From Gemmatimonadaceae bacterium (GTDB lineage Bacteria > Gemmatimonadota > Gemmatimonadetes > Gemmatimonadales > Gemmatimonadaceae): DNA of 64,000 nt. Below the pieces are notes generated by a model. It was not told the DNA's origin. It did not search any database and saw nothing but the letters and a program-made list of their open reading frames with translations. A program made the translations under genes and the position numbers. The DNA lies in assembly GCA_044224875.1 (NCBI GenBank), contig JBGAJQ010000022.1, forward strand, positions 1 through 64,000, in the 5' to 3' direction. Positions within the stretch are counted from its first letter, which is position 1; every line of letters starts with the position of its first letter. Of this stretch, positions 37,619-47,039 are shown one piece after another.

Positions 37619-39144
37619 TGCCCTCGTGATGCGCTCAGGACGGCGAGGGTGAAGATTGCCAGCGCAACAAGTGTCCAGAAGATGGCCTTCCGCAGGGCTC
37701 GATGGGATGGTGCTGGCGGCGGGACGACTCGCGCCGTGCTGGAAAGCTGCGCATGCGCCGCCGCCCTCTGCGAAAGGTGCGGTGGGTTTTCACCCAGAAA
37801 TCGCGGGAGGGGTGGTGGCGCTTGTGGAAAGCGCGGGGGCTTGTCAGTGACCACGATCGACGCGGCAGACGCAGGGACGGCCTCTTCGACAAGCAAGGTC
37901 GCCGATGCCTCCTCGATCGACGCTGGGATCGGGTCCGTGGTTGCTTCGGAAAGGTGCTCCGCTGCCGCGGGATGGTATTCGACGGTTGGTGCTGGAGCAC
38001 CACGTACAAAAAGAGGCCGAGCCCCGCGATTCATGCGAGGCACCACATAGCCGGGCCGGTCTTGTATGGCTCGCAATGCGCGAGGCGGTGTCATTGCGAG
38101 CGGCCGTCGGGATGAGGCGGACGGCCCCGTGTCGACGGCCTCTATAGGGAGTGACTCCGCGAACTCCGCCTGCCCCGAGGGAGCGGCCAGAACCGGTTCA
38201 GCGTGCGACGCGAACAGCTCCAACCCAAAGTTCGGTGACAGGGCAGCCTCGACTCTCGCGGTTTCCTCCGGTGATGGCGGCGCGTCGGCGTTCGGATCGC
38301 GCGCCAGAAGCCCGACGCCGAATGTCGCGCCGACCGAGGTCGTCGCCTCAACGAGTCCATCGCCTTCGAGCACCGGATCGCGCGACCGCGGTGGCTCCAG
38401 GGAGGTCACCGCCACCCGCGCCGTACGTGGCGATCCCGCCCGGCGCACGCCGGCGCACGAACAGCCAACGCCCGCCGCGATGTCGAGCAACACCGGTTGC
38501 TGACCAACCAACTGCTCCGCCAGCTCAACGGCGAGGTTGGCGTCCGTCAGCTCTACCAGCTGTCTCTCCGGACAGCGGCGCTGCAGCGCATCAGCCGACG
38601 GACAGCCACCCGGAATCGACGCAAAGCGCCGTCGATCCGGCGGCACAAGATTCTCGAAGTGTGTCGGAAGCGCCGACAGTTCGATGCCCGCCGAACGAAG
38701 GCGAACAAGAAACACCTCCGGCGAGTACCTGGCGTCAAACACAGGATCGGCGCCGCTGGCGCAGTCGCCGACGAACGTGATATCCAGGTGCTTACCGGGA
38801 AGGATGTGTCGCAGATAACGAGCAGTCGCCACCGGTGGCGCAACCGTCGAGATCATGAATGGCGTCAGCTCTCCGGCACCGGTTGTTAGGCGGGCGCGCG
38901 CGCGCTCACAGGCGCAAACGATCGCCGGCCGGCGGCCTCGCGATTCGGCAGAACGCAGGACGGCCTCGGCGATCAGTTCATCCCCCCAACTCGCCGGCAC
39001 GACTGTATGGTAGCCCAACAAGTGGCATCCGTGCGCAAGCTGCACCGGATGTGCCGGAAGCGCCGCCAGCACGGTATCGTTACCGATAACCGCGACAGAG
39101 ATCACGTCCGGTGAGCGCCGGTCAACAAGCAGGGGAAGCGACAT
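37615..39144 (-). CDS. Membrane-anchored protein with degenerate FeFe-hydrogenase/Nar1-like domain and Pro-rich linker
   Basis: LGY..V.PASWGDELIA, PAIVCAC, VAPPVATARYLR, ITFVGDC, GCSCAG occur in Fe_hyd_lg_C order; C-terminal TM helix. Confidence 0.55.
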   Translation of the reverse strand: MSLPLLVDRRSPDVISVAVIGNDTVLAALPAHPVQLAHGCHLLGYHTVVPASWGDELIAEAVLRSAESRGRRPAIVCACERARARLTTGAGELTPFMISTVAPPVATARYLRHILPGKHLDITFVGDCASGADPVFDARYSPEVFLVRLRSAGIELSALPTHFENLVPPDRRRFASIPGGCPSADALQRRCPERQLVELTDANLAVELAEQLVGQQPVLLDIAAGVGCSCAGVRRAGSPRTARVAVTSLEPPRSRDPVLEGDGLVEATTSVGATFGVGLLARDPNADAPPSPEETARVEAALSPNFGLELFASHAEPVLAAPSGQAEFAESLPIEAVDTGPSASSRRPLAMTPPRALRAIQDRPGYVVPRMNRGARPLFVRGAPAPTVEYHPAAAEHLSEATTDPIPASIEEASATLLVEEAVPASAASIVVTDKPPRFPQAPPPLPRFLGENPPHLSQRAAAHAQLSSTARVVPPPAPSHRALRKAIFWTLVALAIFTLAVLSASRGH

Positions 39145-39254
39145 GTCAGGTAGGTTCAGTCCAGCCCGGTAGCGACCCAAAGGGAATTCCTGACCGCATA
39201 GATGTCCAGTCAACTAAGACCAGAATCTACGCCAATGGCGTCACTCCGACTGCC

Positions 39255-40400
39255 GTGAATTCCGAGAACGCCGGATTAAGCCCAGAGCAAATTGCTCGGT
39301 ACAGCAGACATTTGTCCCTTCCGGAAGTCGGAATGGACGGTCAGCTGACACTGCAACGAGCTCGCGTGGTTGTCCTAGGTGCTGGAGGCCTGGGATCGCC
39401 AGCCGCACTCTATCTAGCAGCCGCTGGGATTGGGACCCTTGGAATAGTAGATGACGATGTCGTGGATATCTCAAATCTCCAGCGACAGGTACTGCATAAC
39501 ACGGAGTCGGTTGGCCGGGGGAAAGCGGAATCAGGCGCCGCGCGATTGTCATCGCTAAACCCGCACGTCCAGGTCATCACGCACGGCGTTCGACTCACCG
39601 CGGCCAATGCGATGGCCCTGCTTTCGTCATACGACGTGGTCGTTGATGGCACCGACAACTTCGAATCCCGTTATCTGGTAAACGACGCCTGCATCCTGCT
39701 CGGCAAGCCATACGTCTACGCCAGTGTATTGCGCTTTGAGGGACGCGCGAGCGTGTTCGGAACGACGGACGGTCCCTGCTATCGGTGCCTGTTTCCCGAG
39801 CCACCGCCGCGCGGCTCCGTTCCGTCGTGTGCGGACGCCGGAGTACTCGGAGTGATGCCCGGTCTCCTTGGGACGATTCAGGCGGCCGAAGCCGTCAAGC
39901 TGGTGCTGGGAATTGGAGAATCCCTGTCGGGCCGCCTGCTCGTTGTAGACGGGCTTCGAATGCGCCTCAGAGAGTTCGAGGTTCGGCGAAATCCCGAGTG
40001 TATCGCGTGTGGAAATCGCACTATGAAGGGACTGGCTGACTACGATGCATGGTGCGGGGTCAGTGCCAGTGCGCCCAAGGCCGTGAACCAGATGGAGCCG
40101 AGGCAGCTACGCGAGAAGCTCTTGAACGGAGTCGATCTAGCGCTGGTCGATGTTCGCGAGCCGTGGGAATGGGGCATCGCCAGGATCGACGGTGCGCGCC
40201 TGATTCCACTGGCGACACTCGAAGACCTGATCGGCACACTAAATCCTGACCGCGAGACCGTGATCTATTGTCACCATGGTCAGCGTAGTCAGCGCGCGGC
40301 CGAACGTTTGGTCGGAGCCGGATTCCGGCGCGTTTCAAACCTGGCCGGAGGCATTGAGCGTTGGCGCGTCGACGTGGATTCCACCCTCGCTCGCTACTGA
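39255..40400 (+). CDS. moeB: Molybdopterin-synthase adenylyltransferase with rhodanese domain (MoeB/MoeZ)
   Basis: RYSRH, GAGGLGSP, SNLQRQ, DGTDNF, PCYRC, GVLG, CIAC, DVREP.E, YCHHG.RS. Confidence 0.93.
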   Translation: MNSENAGLSPEQIARYSRHLSLPEVGMDGQLTLQRARVVVLGAGGLGSPAALYLAAAGIGTLGIVDDDVVDISNLQRQVLHNTESVGRGKAESGAARLSSLNPHVQVITHGVRLTAANAMALLSSYDVVVDGTDNFESRYLVNDACILLGKPYVYASVLRFEGRASVFGTTDGPCYRCLFPEPPPRGSVPSCADAGVLGVMPGLLGTIQAAEAVKLVLGIGESLSGRLLVVDGLRMRLREFEVRRNPECIACGNRTMKGLADYDAWCGVSASAPKAVNQMEPRQLREKLLNGVDLALVDVREPWEWGIARIDGARLIPLATLEDLIGTLNPDRETVIYCHHGQRSQRAAERLVGAGFRRVSNLAGGIERWRVDVDSTLARY

Positions 40401-40956
40401 CGAACGGTCGGGTCGCCAGCGCCTGAAAACGCGGCGGACTCTCGCGAAATGCCATCCAAGCAGCACGTGACGCGTCAAGCGTTCGCGTTGCACCGCGGCC
40501 GCTCCACACCGCATCGAGCGACGCGCGACGCGCGTCTTGTCGAGGTCCTGCCCGGCCGACGGCAAGTCCGGCGTTGACGCCCTTTTCCGTGCCGATCCAG
40601 GGCGGGCGCGCTAGTATCGACCGCGCGATCAGGCTTCTAAAGCGTTGGTTCTCGACAACTTCGCCGCCTGCGTCGGCGTGCGTTGTCAAGGAAGTTCGCG
40701 ACGTCCGTGGGGTTTTCGACAACAGCTTCCCTAACGAGTTCTTCGCCGTGGCGGGACTTAGCGGGCTTTTGCGCGGAAGCATCGCCCAAACCGTCAACGA
40801 ACTTGACACAGTCGAGAAGGGTGACGGTGGCATGGATCGTTCGTCCTCCGGGCAGCAAAGCAAATGGAAGAGGCCGTTGAGAGACGTTCGCGGAAGCCTG
40901 CCCGGCGACATGCGACGAGCGGCCGCTAAGTCAACTAACCGATTGAGGATCCGCTC

Positions 40957-41523
40957 ATGCTTTCGTTCCGCTCGCTCCGCAATGGACTCATCGCCGTCGC
41001 CGCCTTCGCGGGCACCGCACAGGCCCAGGCCGGCCTTCTGTCGAACATCGCCACGGTCACCATCAACGCCACGAAGCCCACGTCGCTCACCGTGACGGTG
41101 AATTCTGGTGGCACGCAGACGATGGCGAACTTGACCGACAACGTCACGAACAACTTCTCGACGCCGGTGAACATCACGACGGCGTGGGATATCAATCCGT
41201 CGGCTGCATCGGTGAGTCTGGTGGGGTACTTCTCGAATCCCGCGCAGGCCTTGGCGAACGGCACCGACTTTATCACCTCGAGCCTGATGAAGGGCCGTAT
41301 GTCGACGGGTACGCCGGTGGCCTTCACGGCGTTTACGCAGAATGCGGTGGGCGGCGCTGGTCAGGCGGGTGGCTCGCTTCTGCTGTTCACCACGGCCATC
41401 ACGGGCGTGAACAAGAAGTCTTCCCGCACGGACAATCTCGACCTCCAGATCGACCTGACCGGTCAATCGGCCACCGCTGGGACCTACACCGGTACGCTGA
41501 ACCTGCGCGCCGTCACCCAGTAA
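40957..41523 (+). CDS. Secreted pilin-like protein 1 (candidate major subunit)
   Basis: GAGGA RBS, signal peptide (AQA), Thr/Asn/Gly-rich beta protein, C-terminal AGTYTGTLNLRA strand as in spore-coat-U/Csu-type pilins. Confidence 0.7.
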   Translation: MLSFRSLRNGLIAVAAFAGTAQAQAGLLSNIATVTINATKPTSLTVTVNSGGTQTMANLTDNVTNNFSTPVNITTAWDINPSAASVSLVGYFSNPAQALANGTDFITSSLMKGRMSTGTPVAFTAFTQNAVGGAGQAGGSLLLFTTAITGVNKKSSRTDNLDLQIDLTGQSATAGTYTGTLNLRAVTQ

Positions 41524-41552
41524 CAACGCCTAACGGTCAACGGAACCGCCCA

Positions 41553-42275
41553 ATGCGCCTTCTTGGACTTCAGCTCCTGGCGCTCCTGGTTGCCCTGCCG
41601 CTGGACGCACAGACCGTGCGTCCAGCGGGTGTTGAATACTCGGAGGTAGCGCGCGGGAAGTTTGAGCTGGTGAACGAGACCGTCTTTCCGATGACGGTGG
41701 TACTTGAGCCGCGCGGATTCCTGGTGGACTCGACCGGCGAACTATCCGACGAGCCATTTGATACGGCACGCGTCCATCTGAAGCTGTCAGCGATGAGCTT
41801 CAAGATCCCGCCGTTGCAGAGCTATACCGTCTTCTACGAGGCCTCGGCGTCGCAGCTGCCAGCATGGTTTCAGGTGATCAGCGCGATGACGGGGGCGCGC
41901 ACGGCGAACGGGCTGAATGTTCGCATTGAACTGCCGCACGTGATTTACCTCCTGCAAAAGCAGCCGCTCCGTCGGACCGACGTCGCAATCCGTCGCTTCG
42001 CCTTCGATTCCGTGGAAAAACGGGCGATCGTCGAGCTCGAGAATACGTCGGATGCGCTTGGCCGCGTCCTGATGTCGGAGGTTGCAGGTGACGGACACAC
42101 AGCAACACCAGGCGGAGGCTTCCCACTGTTCCCGCAGAGCAGGCGGCGAGTCGAAACTTTTGACGGCCGACGGCCTGGAGCATTTGTTCCTACGCTTTGC
42201 GAACACCGTCGAAGAACGGCGAAGGTCAGGCGATCGGTAGTTCCCTTGCTCACGGATGACGCGAAGGAACCGTGA
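41553..42275 (+). CDS. Periplasmic pilus chaperone-like protein (probable frameshift near 42160-42175)
   Basis: Signal peptide, F.L.N......V.L, SFKIPP.QS.TV, V.LEN....LGR, FPLFPQSRR.V PapD-like pattern; an alternative frame continues EHLFLRFAN to a stop at 42240. Confidence 0.6.
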   Translation: MRLLGLQLLALLVALPLDAQTVRPAGVEYSEVARGKFELVNETVFPMTVVLEPRGFLVDSTGELSDEPFDTARVHLKLSAMSFKIPPLQSYTVFYEASASQLPAWFQVISAMTGARTANGLNVRIELPHVIYLLQKQPLRRTDVAIRRFAFDSVEKRAIVELENTSDALGRVLMSEVAGDGHTATPGGGFPLFPQSRRRVETFDGRRPGAFVPTLCEHRRRTAKVRRSVVPLLTDDAKEP

Positions 42276-42858
42276 ATACTCCGACTCTGCGACTGCGCGC
42301 GCTGACACTCGCGATGTTGTTGGTCCTGCCGATTCGCCCGGCGAAGCTCAACCCGGTCTTTCGTAGTCCGCACGGTTTCCATCGCGGCCTCCAAAGGCTC
42401 GTCCATTACGGTCACCGTTCTCAGCGGTTCATCGCAAACGCTCACCAGCATCACCGACAACACGGCGAACAACTTCCCAACGCCAGTTCACGAATTCAAA
42501 CGGCGTGGACCTTCCGGGCGGTGTGGCGACCGCGTCCCGTCGTCGCGCCACGAATCCTGCGCCAGGCCTTCGTCAATGGCACCAGTGCGCTGTCCACCGC
42601 GCGCATGAAGGGACGCGTGTTGACGACACCGATCACCACCTGGCAGCCCACAACATGGACGGCGTTCACACAGAACTCGACGCGAGGCGTCGGTGTGAAC
42701 GGTGCTACGCTCCGGCTGTTTCGGATCCTCGTCACTGCTGCCAACCGAAAGGCGAGCCGCACGCTAGATCTGGAGCTGCAACTCGACCTGACCGGCCAGG
42801 CGCCGATCAACGCCGGCGTTTTGGACGGGCACCGTCAACGCGCGCGATCGCGATATGA
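42272..42858 (+). pseudogene. Pilin-like paralogue 2, several frameshifts
   Basis: Fragments TVSIAASKGSSITVTVLSGSSQTLTSITDNTANNFPTPV, RIQTAW and MKGRV...TAFTQN...LF...SRTLDLELQLDLTGQ align with 40957..41523 but lie in different frames. Confidence 0.75.
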
Positions 42859-42903
42859 CGCTGCGTCGATCGCCGTGCCAGATGGAGCTCCACTGCGCGG
42901 ACC

Positions 42904-43518
42904 ATGAAACAGTGGTCGGTCATCGTCCGCCTTCACTCGTCGCCAGCGTCAGCTTGACGCGGGCGGCCTTCGCGCAGGTAGGCGCAATTACGACGACCGC
43001 ACCGATCAGCCGGCGTCGGTCTCGTCGCTGTGGTCAACGCCGCAGGCGGCTGCGGATGCGGGAGTCGCAGCCACCTTGACGGTGTTGATTGCCTCAGGTG
43101 GAACGCAGACGATTGCATCGCTGCTCGACAATCGCGTCAACGCCTTCCCCACCCCGGTCCAGATCACGACGTCCTGGAACCTGTCGAACCTGATCTCCAC
43201 GCTCGACCTCGTGGCGTACTTCATCACGCCGACTGCGGCGTTGGTCAATGGACCGAACACCCTGCCCTCGTCGCGCATGCTCGGGCGAATGACGACAGGA
43301 CGGCCAACGGCGTTCACCGCGTTCACGCAAAACCCCGTTGGTGGCGTTGGCACCCCTGGTGGGAGCCTGCACCTGTTCCGACAGGTGGTCGTGTGGCCGT
43401 TCACTGCCATGGCCAGCGCACGGACAATCTGGATCTGCAACTTGATTTGAGGGGCATACCGAGCCTCCCAACGGAACGTACGCCGGGATCGCTGAACATT
43501 CGTGCGGTGGCGTACTGA
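42904..43518 (+). pseudogene. Pilin-like paralogue 3, several frameshifts
   Basis: LTVLIASGGTQT...FPTPVQITTSW...LVAYF...GRMTTGRPTAFTAFTQN (43076 frame) and RTDNLDLQLDL...GSLNIRAVAY (43030 frame) match pilin 1. Confidence 0.78.
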
Positions 43519-43521
43519 CCT

Positions 43522-45168
43522 ATGCGCCTGAGCCACCGAATTGTTAGGCTTGCCATGTGGGCGGGGTTGAGCAATAAACCGCGGTTTAGGCGCGCTCAGG
43601 TGTTTTCCGGGTCAAGGTGGGGATTTACAACTGTTTTCGGGCTATGGTGGCGCGGTGAGCAATGGGAATGAAGGCTGGCTGCGAAGGCGAGTATATTAGC
43701 GTCGGGTGCCTCGATGGTTTGCGCCTAACCTGGCAAGCCAGCCCTTGCACCTCATCGGTCATAACCGCTGGGCGTCAGCGTGATGTGTTGACGATCGACC
43801 TCCCGAGCGATGAATTCGGCGCCGGAAGCGCCGTGCTCGTCCAAGGCGTGGGTGTGCAGGGGTTACGCGGCCGCACCTCGATGCGTGCGTTCGCTGGAGC
43901 CAGTGCCAGTGCGTTGGCGGCACCCTTCTTCTCAGCGAGCCGTGCCGAGCATGCCCTGGCGTTTGTACACGCCGAGCACAACTACAGCCGAACGCTGGCG
44001 CTTTTTGGCGATGCTCTGTTCACGACGAGGCAGTCTCTCTTCGCCGGAGCCACCTGGCGTCCGAGGTCCGCGATAAGCACGAGCGCCACGTTGGGGCTCG
44101 GCAACGCGCCCTACGCTGCGGTGTCCATCGACTCGCGGGGCACGCGTGGATGTGGGGCAGTACGTACTATCTGGTACGGGCTATCGGCGAGCGGACGTTC
44201 CCATGCCATATCAAAGCGAAGTGGAACGGGAAAACGTACTAACGACCGTGCGGTTGTCGCCAAACGCGACGGTTTCGTTTGGGCGACAGCACTTTCGCCA
44301 GGACTCGTCGAGTGCAACCATCGCGAGTCGCGCGTCACTCAACCAGGTGTCGGCCAATTGGCGCAACGACTACGTCACGCTCGGCGGCGGAGTCTTCGAC
44401 GCGACTCTGCCAGCTGCGAAATCTGCAAACGCTGCGCGCAAATGTGTCATCGTTCGCCAGTGCGTCGCGCATGATGAACCGATGGTTGCAGGCGGATCTC
44501 TACCTGTTGCGGGTGTGGGAACCCGTGGAGGCTCGGGCGACGACACCCATTCTCTATCTGCGTGAGTCGGTGTCGCCCCAGTTCAACCTCCTACAGATGA
44601 TCACTCGCGAAAATGGGCGCACTTCTGTTTCGTTTGGTGGTGGGGTGAGCTCCGGGTTGAACTCCTTGAGCATCGACTACCAGATCGTTCACACGCCGTA
44701 CCGTACTGCCAACCCATTCGTGCACTCCCTCGGTTTGAACGCGCGTGCGCAGCTTGGTTCCACCAGCTGAGCATAGGCTCGTTCGTGACGCCGGACGGAC
44801 GAGTGAACTACGCAGCCTCTGGCAGCACGTTCCTGTACCGCGGGCTCGCGGCGCTCGGAGCGTCAGCCATGGTTTCGGGTGGCCGCATTGACCGGTACGT
44901 GGTCCTGGGGCGCGTCGTGGACGAAGCGCAACATGCTGTCGAGGGCGCCGCGATCGAAATCGGCGGCGAGACAGTGTATACGGACTCACGCGGTCAATTC
45001 TTTGCGCGTCGCAGCACCCCTCGCGCGCTCACCTTCCGCGTGGTGCCTGACGACTTTCTGGTGCCAGGAACGTTCGAGGTGGTGGACGCACCCTCTAAGG
45101 TCACACCCACCATCGATGCGAAGGCCACCCCCCTCCTGATCGTGGTGCGGCGTTCAGCGACTCGTTAG
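43522..45168 (+). pseudogene. Usher-like outer-membrane protein with C-terminal carboxypeptidase-regulatory-like domain, many frameshifts
   Basis: Beta-strand-rich pieces in ORFs 43662, 44146, 44279 and 44785; the final piece has V.GRVVD...VEGAAI.IG..TVYTDSRG.F. Confidence 0.55.
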
Positions 45169-45596
45169 GTCGTTCCGAAGACCACCTGTAGTACGCGAGT
45201 GTCTATTCGCCCGTCGGCACGCCAACGGGCGGTCGCGCGCACCAACAGCGTTTTGGTGGTGTCACTGTCAGCTCCGACCAGCTGCCGCAGCGAAACCGCG
45301 CGCGCCCCTTCGGCGACTGGTACGCGAGTGCCTCCGTGCAATTCCACCAAGCGTTGGTTGGCGGCGCGAGCGAAGAGTCTGGGGCTTCGCCCGCGTTCAT
45401 CAGGCGTCTCGTCGCTCTCGAGCATCACCTCGTCCGCATCCCGCCAAGCCGACGGAAGTACCACTGATGCATCACGGACCCGTGGCGATGAGGAACCCGC
45501 TGCCGGCTTGATGACCACGAGCGAAACGGAGGCCGTTGTCGAACGAAGACCTTGTGCTTGGGCAGCGCCGAGTGGCAGGCACAACGCCAAGGCCAA
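45165..45596 (-). CDS. Hypothetical secreted protein with pilin-like N-terminal strand
   Basis: Signal peptide AAQAQ followed by GLRSTTASVSLVVIKP; true start may be upstream (ATG 45678, different frame). Confidence 0.55.
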   Translation of the reverse strand: MALALCLPLGAAQAQGLRSTTASVSLVVIKPAAGSSSPRVRDASVVLPSAWRDADEVMLESDETPDERGRSPRLFARAANQRLVELHGGTRVPVAEGARAVSLRQLVGADSDTTKTLLVRATARWRADGRIDTRVLQVVFGTT

Positions 45597-45941
45597 AGCG
45601 CGCCCACGAAGGCAAAGCGGACGCCAGAGGCCTTTCGCGCCAGTGCGCCGCGCGAGAAGAGCGTGTTCGGAGGCTCATAGCCAGGAGTGTCGACTCAGTG
45701 AGTCGCAGAACTTGAGCTCGGTGAATACCGAGCCAGTGCCCATCGTTAGCGTCCAAAGGCGGTTAGAATTGCCGGCCTGCGACTTGTCGATCACTGAAGC
45801 AGGAGGTCGCGTCAGTTGGACGATCCCCGCGGGAGCTGCATTATCTGGCTTCCACCGTCTGCCTTTCAGGAGCGCGGCAAACAGGTGGCGCGGGTTTCGG
45901 GGTGGGAACCGGGCGGGACTCACAAGCGCGGAGACGAATTC

Positions 45942-46697
45942 ATGCCGGAGTTTGGTAGCTGGGGAACGGCTTGGTGGAAGCCAGTCCTCTTCATCGTGAT
46001 CGCAGGCCATATCACGAACGTTTGCGTGACCCTGTTCCTGCACCGGGCGCAGACGCACCGGGCGGTGCTGATACATGCGATTGCGGCGCTTCCGATGCGG
46101 TTGTGGCTCTGGCTGACGACGGCGATTGTCACCAAGGAGTGGGTTGCATGCCACCGGAAGCATCACGCGTTTGCGGATCGCGAGGGTGACCCGCATTCGC
46201 CGCTGGTGGAGGGCCTTCGCAACATCGTGCTCAAGGGTGCGTTCTACTATCGGCGCGCCGTGAGACAGCCGGGCGTCTTGGAGAAGTACGGCCGCGGCAC
46301 ACCTAACGACTTGCTCGAGCGGCTGCTCCTGAGTCGTTTCAACTGGCTTGGCATCGTCTTCATGTTGCTGGCCGACGTCTATTTGTTTGGTTTCTTCGTC
46401 GGGGCGATGGTGTGGGCCGTCCAGATGGCGTGGATTCCCTTCTGGGCTGCGGGCATCATCAACGGTGTCGGCCACGCCTGGGGCTACCGGAACCACGAGG
46501 TGAAGGACGAGAGCCGGAACATTGTCCCCTTGGCCATTTGGCTGGGGGGCGAGGAGCTGCACAACAATCACCATGCTGACCCCCACTCGGCCAAGTTCCA
46601 GCATCGGTGGTTCGAATTCGATATCGGCTGGATCTACATCCGGCTGCTCTCGCTCTTTGGACTGGCAAAGGTGCAATACGCACGCAGCGACGCCTAA
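45942..46697 (+). CDS. Delta-9-type acyl-CoA/acyl-lipid desaturase (DesA-like)
   Basis: His boxes HRAQTH, HRKHH and HNNHH; GDPHSP; EFDIGW; GGAG RBS. Confidence 0.92.
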   Translation: MPEFGSWGTAWWKPVLFIVIAGHITNVCVTLFLHRAQTHRAVLIHAIAALPMRLWLWLTTAIVTKEWVACHRKHHAFADREGDPHSPLVEGLRNIVLKGAFYYRRAVRQPGVLEKYGRGTPNDLLERLLLSRFNWLGIVFMLLADVYLFGFFVGAMVWAVQMAWIPFWAAGIINGVGHAWGYRNHEVKDESRNIVPLAIWLGGEELHNNHHADPHSAKFQHRWFEFDIGWIYIRLLSLFGLAKVQYARSDA

Positions 46698-46710
46698 CGA
46701 TCATTGCAGG

Positions 46711-46749
46711 AACGGCGACGCTCCCGAGTTCGGGGGCGTCGCCGTTTTT
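46711..46749 (+). terminator. Intrinsic terminator
   Basis: AACGGCGACGCTCCCGA / TCGGGGGCGTCGCCGTT followed by TTT. Confidence 0.85.
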
Positions 46750-46762
46750 CTTGAGGCTCTGT

Positions 46763-47039
46763 ATGGCTGACATCACTTGCTCTCGTTGTGGCGCGACTCG
46801 TGCTGCCTTCGAACGTCCTCCTTTCAGGACCGATCGGTGCACGCGTCGTCGCCGAGATCTGTCAGATGTGTTGGGGAGATTGGCTGAAGCAGCAGACCAT
46901 GCTCATCAACCACTACGGATTGAATGTCATGGATCCGCAAGCTCGCCAGTTCCTCACCAAGAACATGCAAGCGTTTCTCTTCAAGTCCGGCGCGGGCGAG
47001 GACGTAGATACCTCCAAGAAGGGAACGATCGCGTGGTAG
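46763..47039 (+). CDS. yggX: Fe(II)-trafficking / oxidative damage protection protein (YggX family), frameshift near 46825
   Basis: MADITCSRCG...RPPF joined to GPIGARV...CW..WLKQQTMLIN..GLN..DPQARQFL...M..FLF; restoring TTCCCAGGA from TTCAGGA gives PPFPGP. Confidence 0.8.

Noticed and set aside
40828..40842. Sigma-54 promoter TGGCATGGATCGTTC
   Set aside because: The -12 position reads TC, not the near-invariant GC.
40850..40861. c-di-GMP-I riboswitch suggested by GGGCAGCAAAGC
   Set aside because: The upstream GGCAAA and GNRA-capped P2 stem are absent; the resemblance to GGGACGCAAAGC is only partial.
40060..41526. 488-aa minus-strand ORF
   Set aside because: Antisense shadow of pilin1 and moeB; Arg-rich with no motifs.
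46607..47032. N-terminal extension of the GH3 ORF (761 aa in the track)
   Set aside because: It spans the desaturase end, a terminator and the frameshifted yggX; artefactual fusion.
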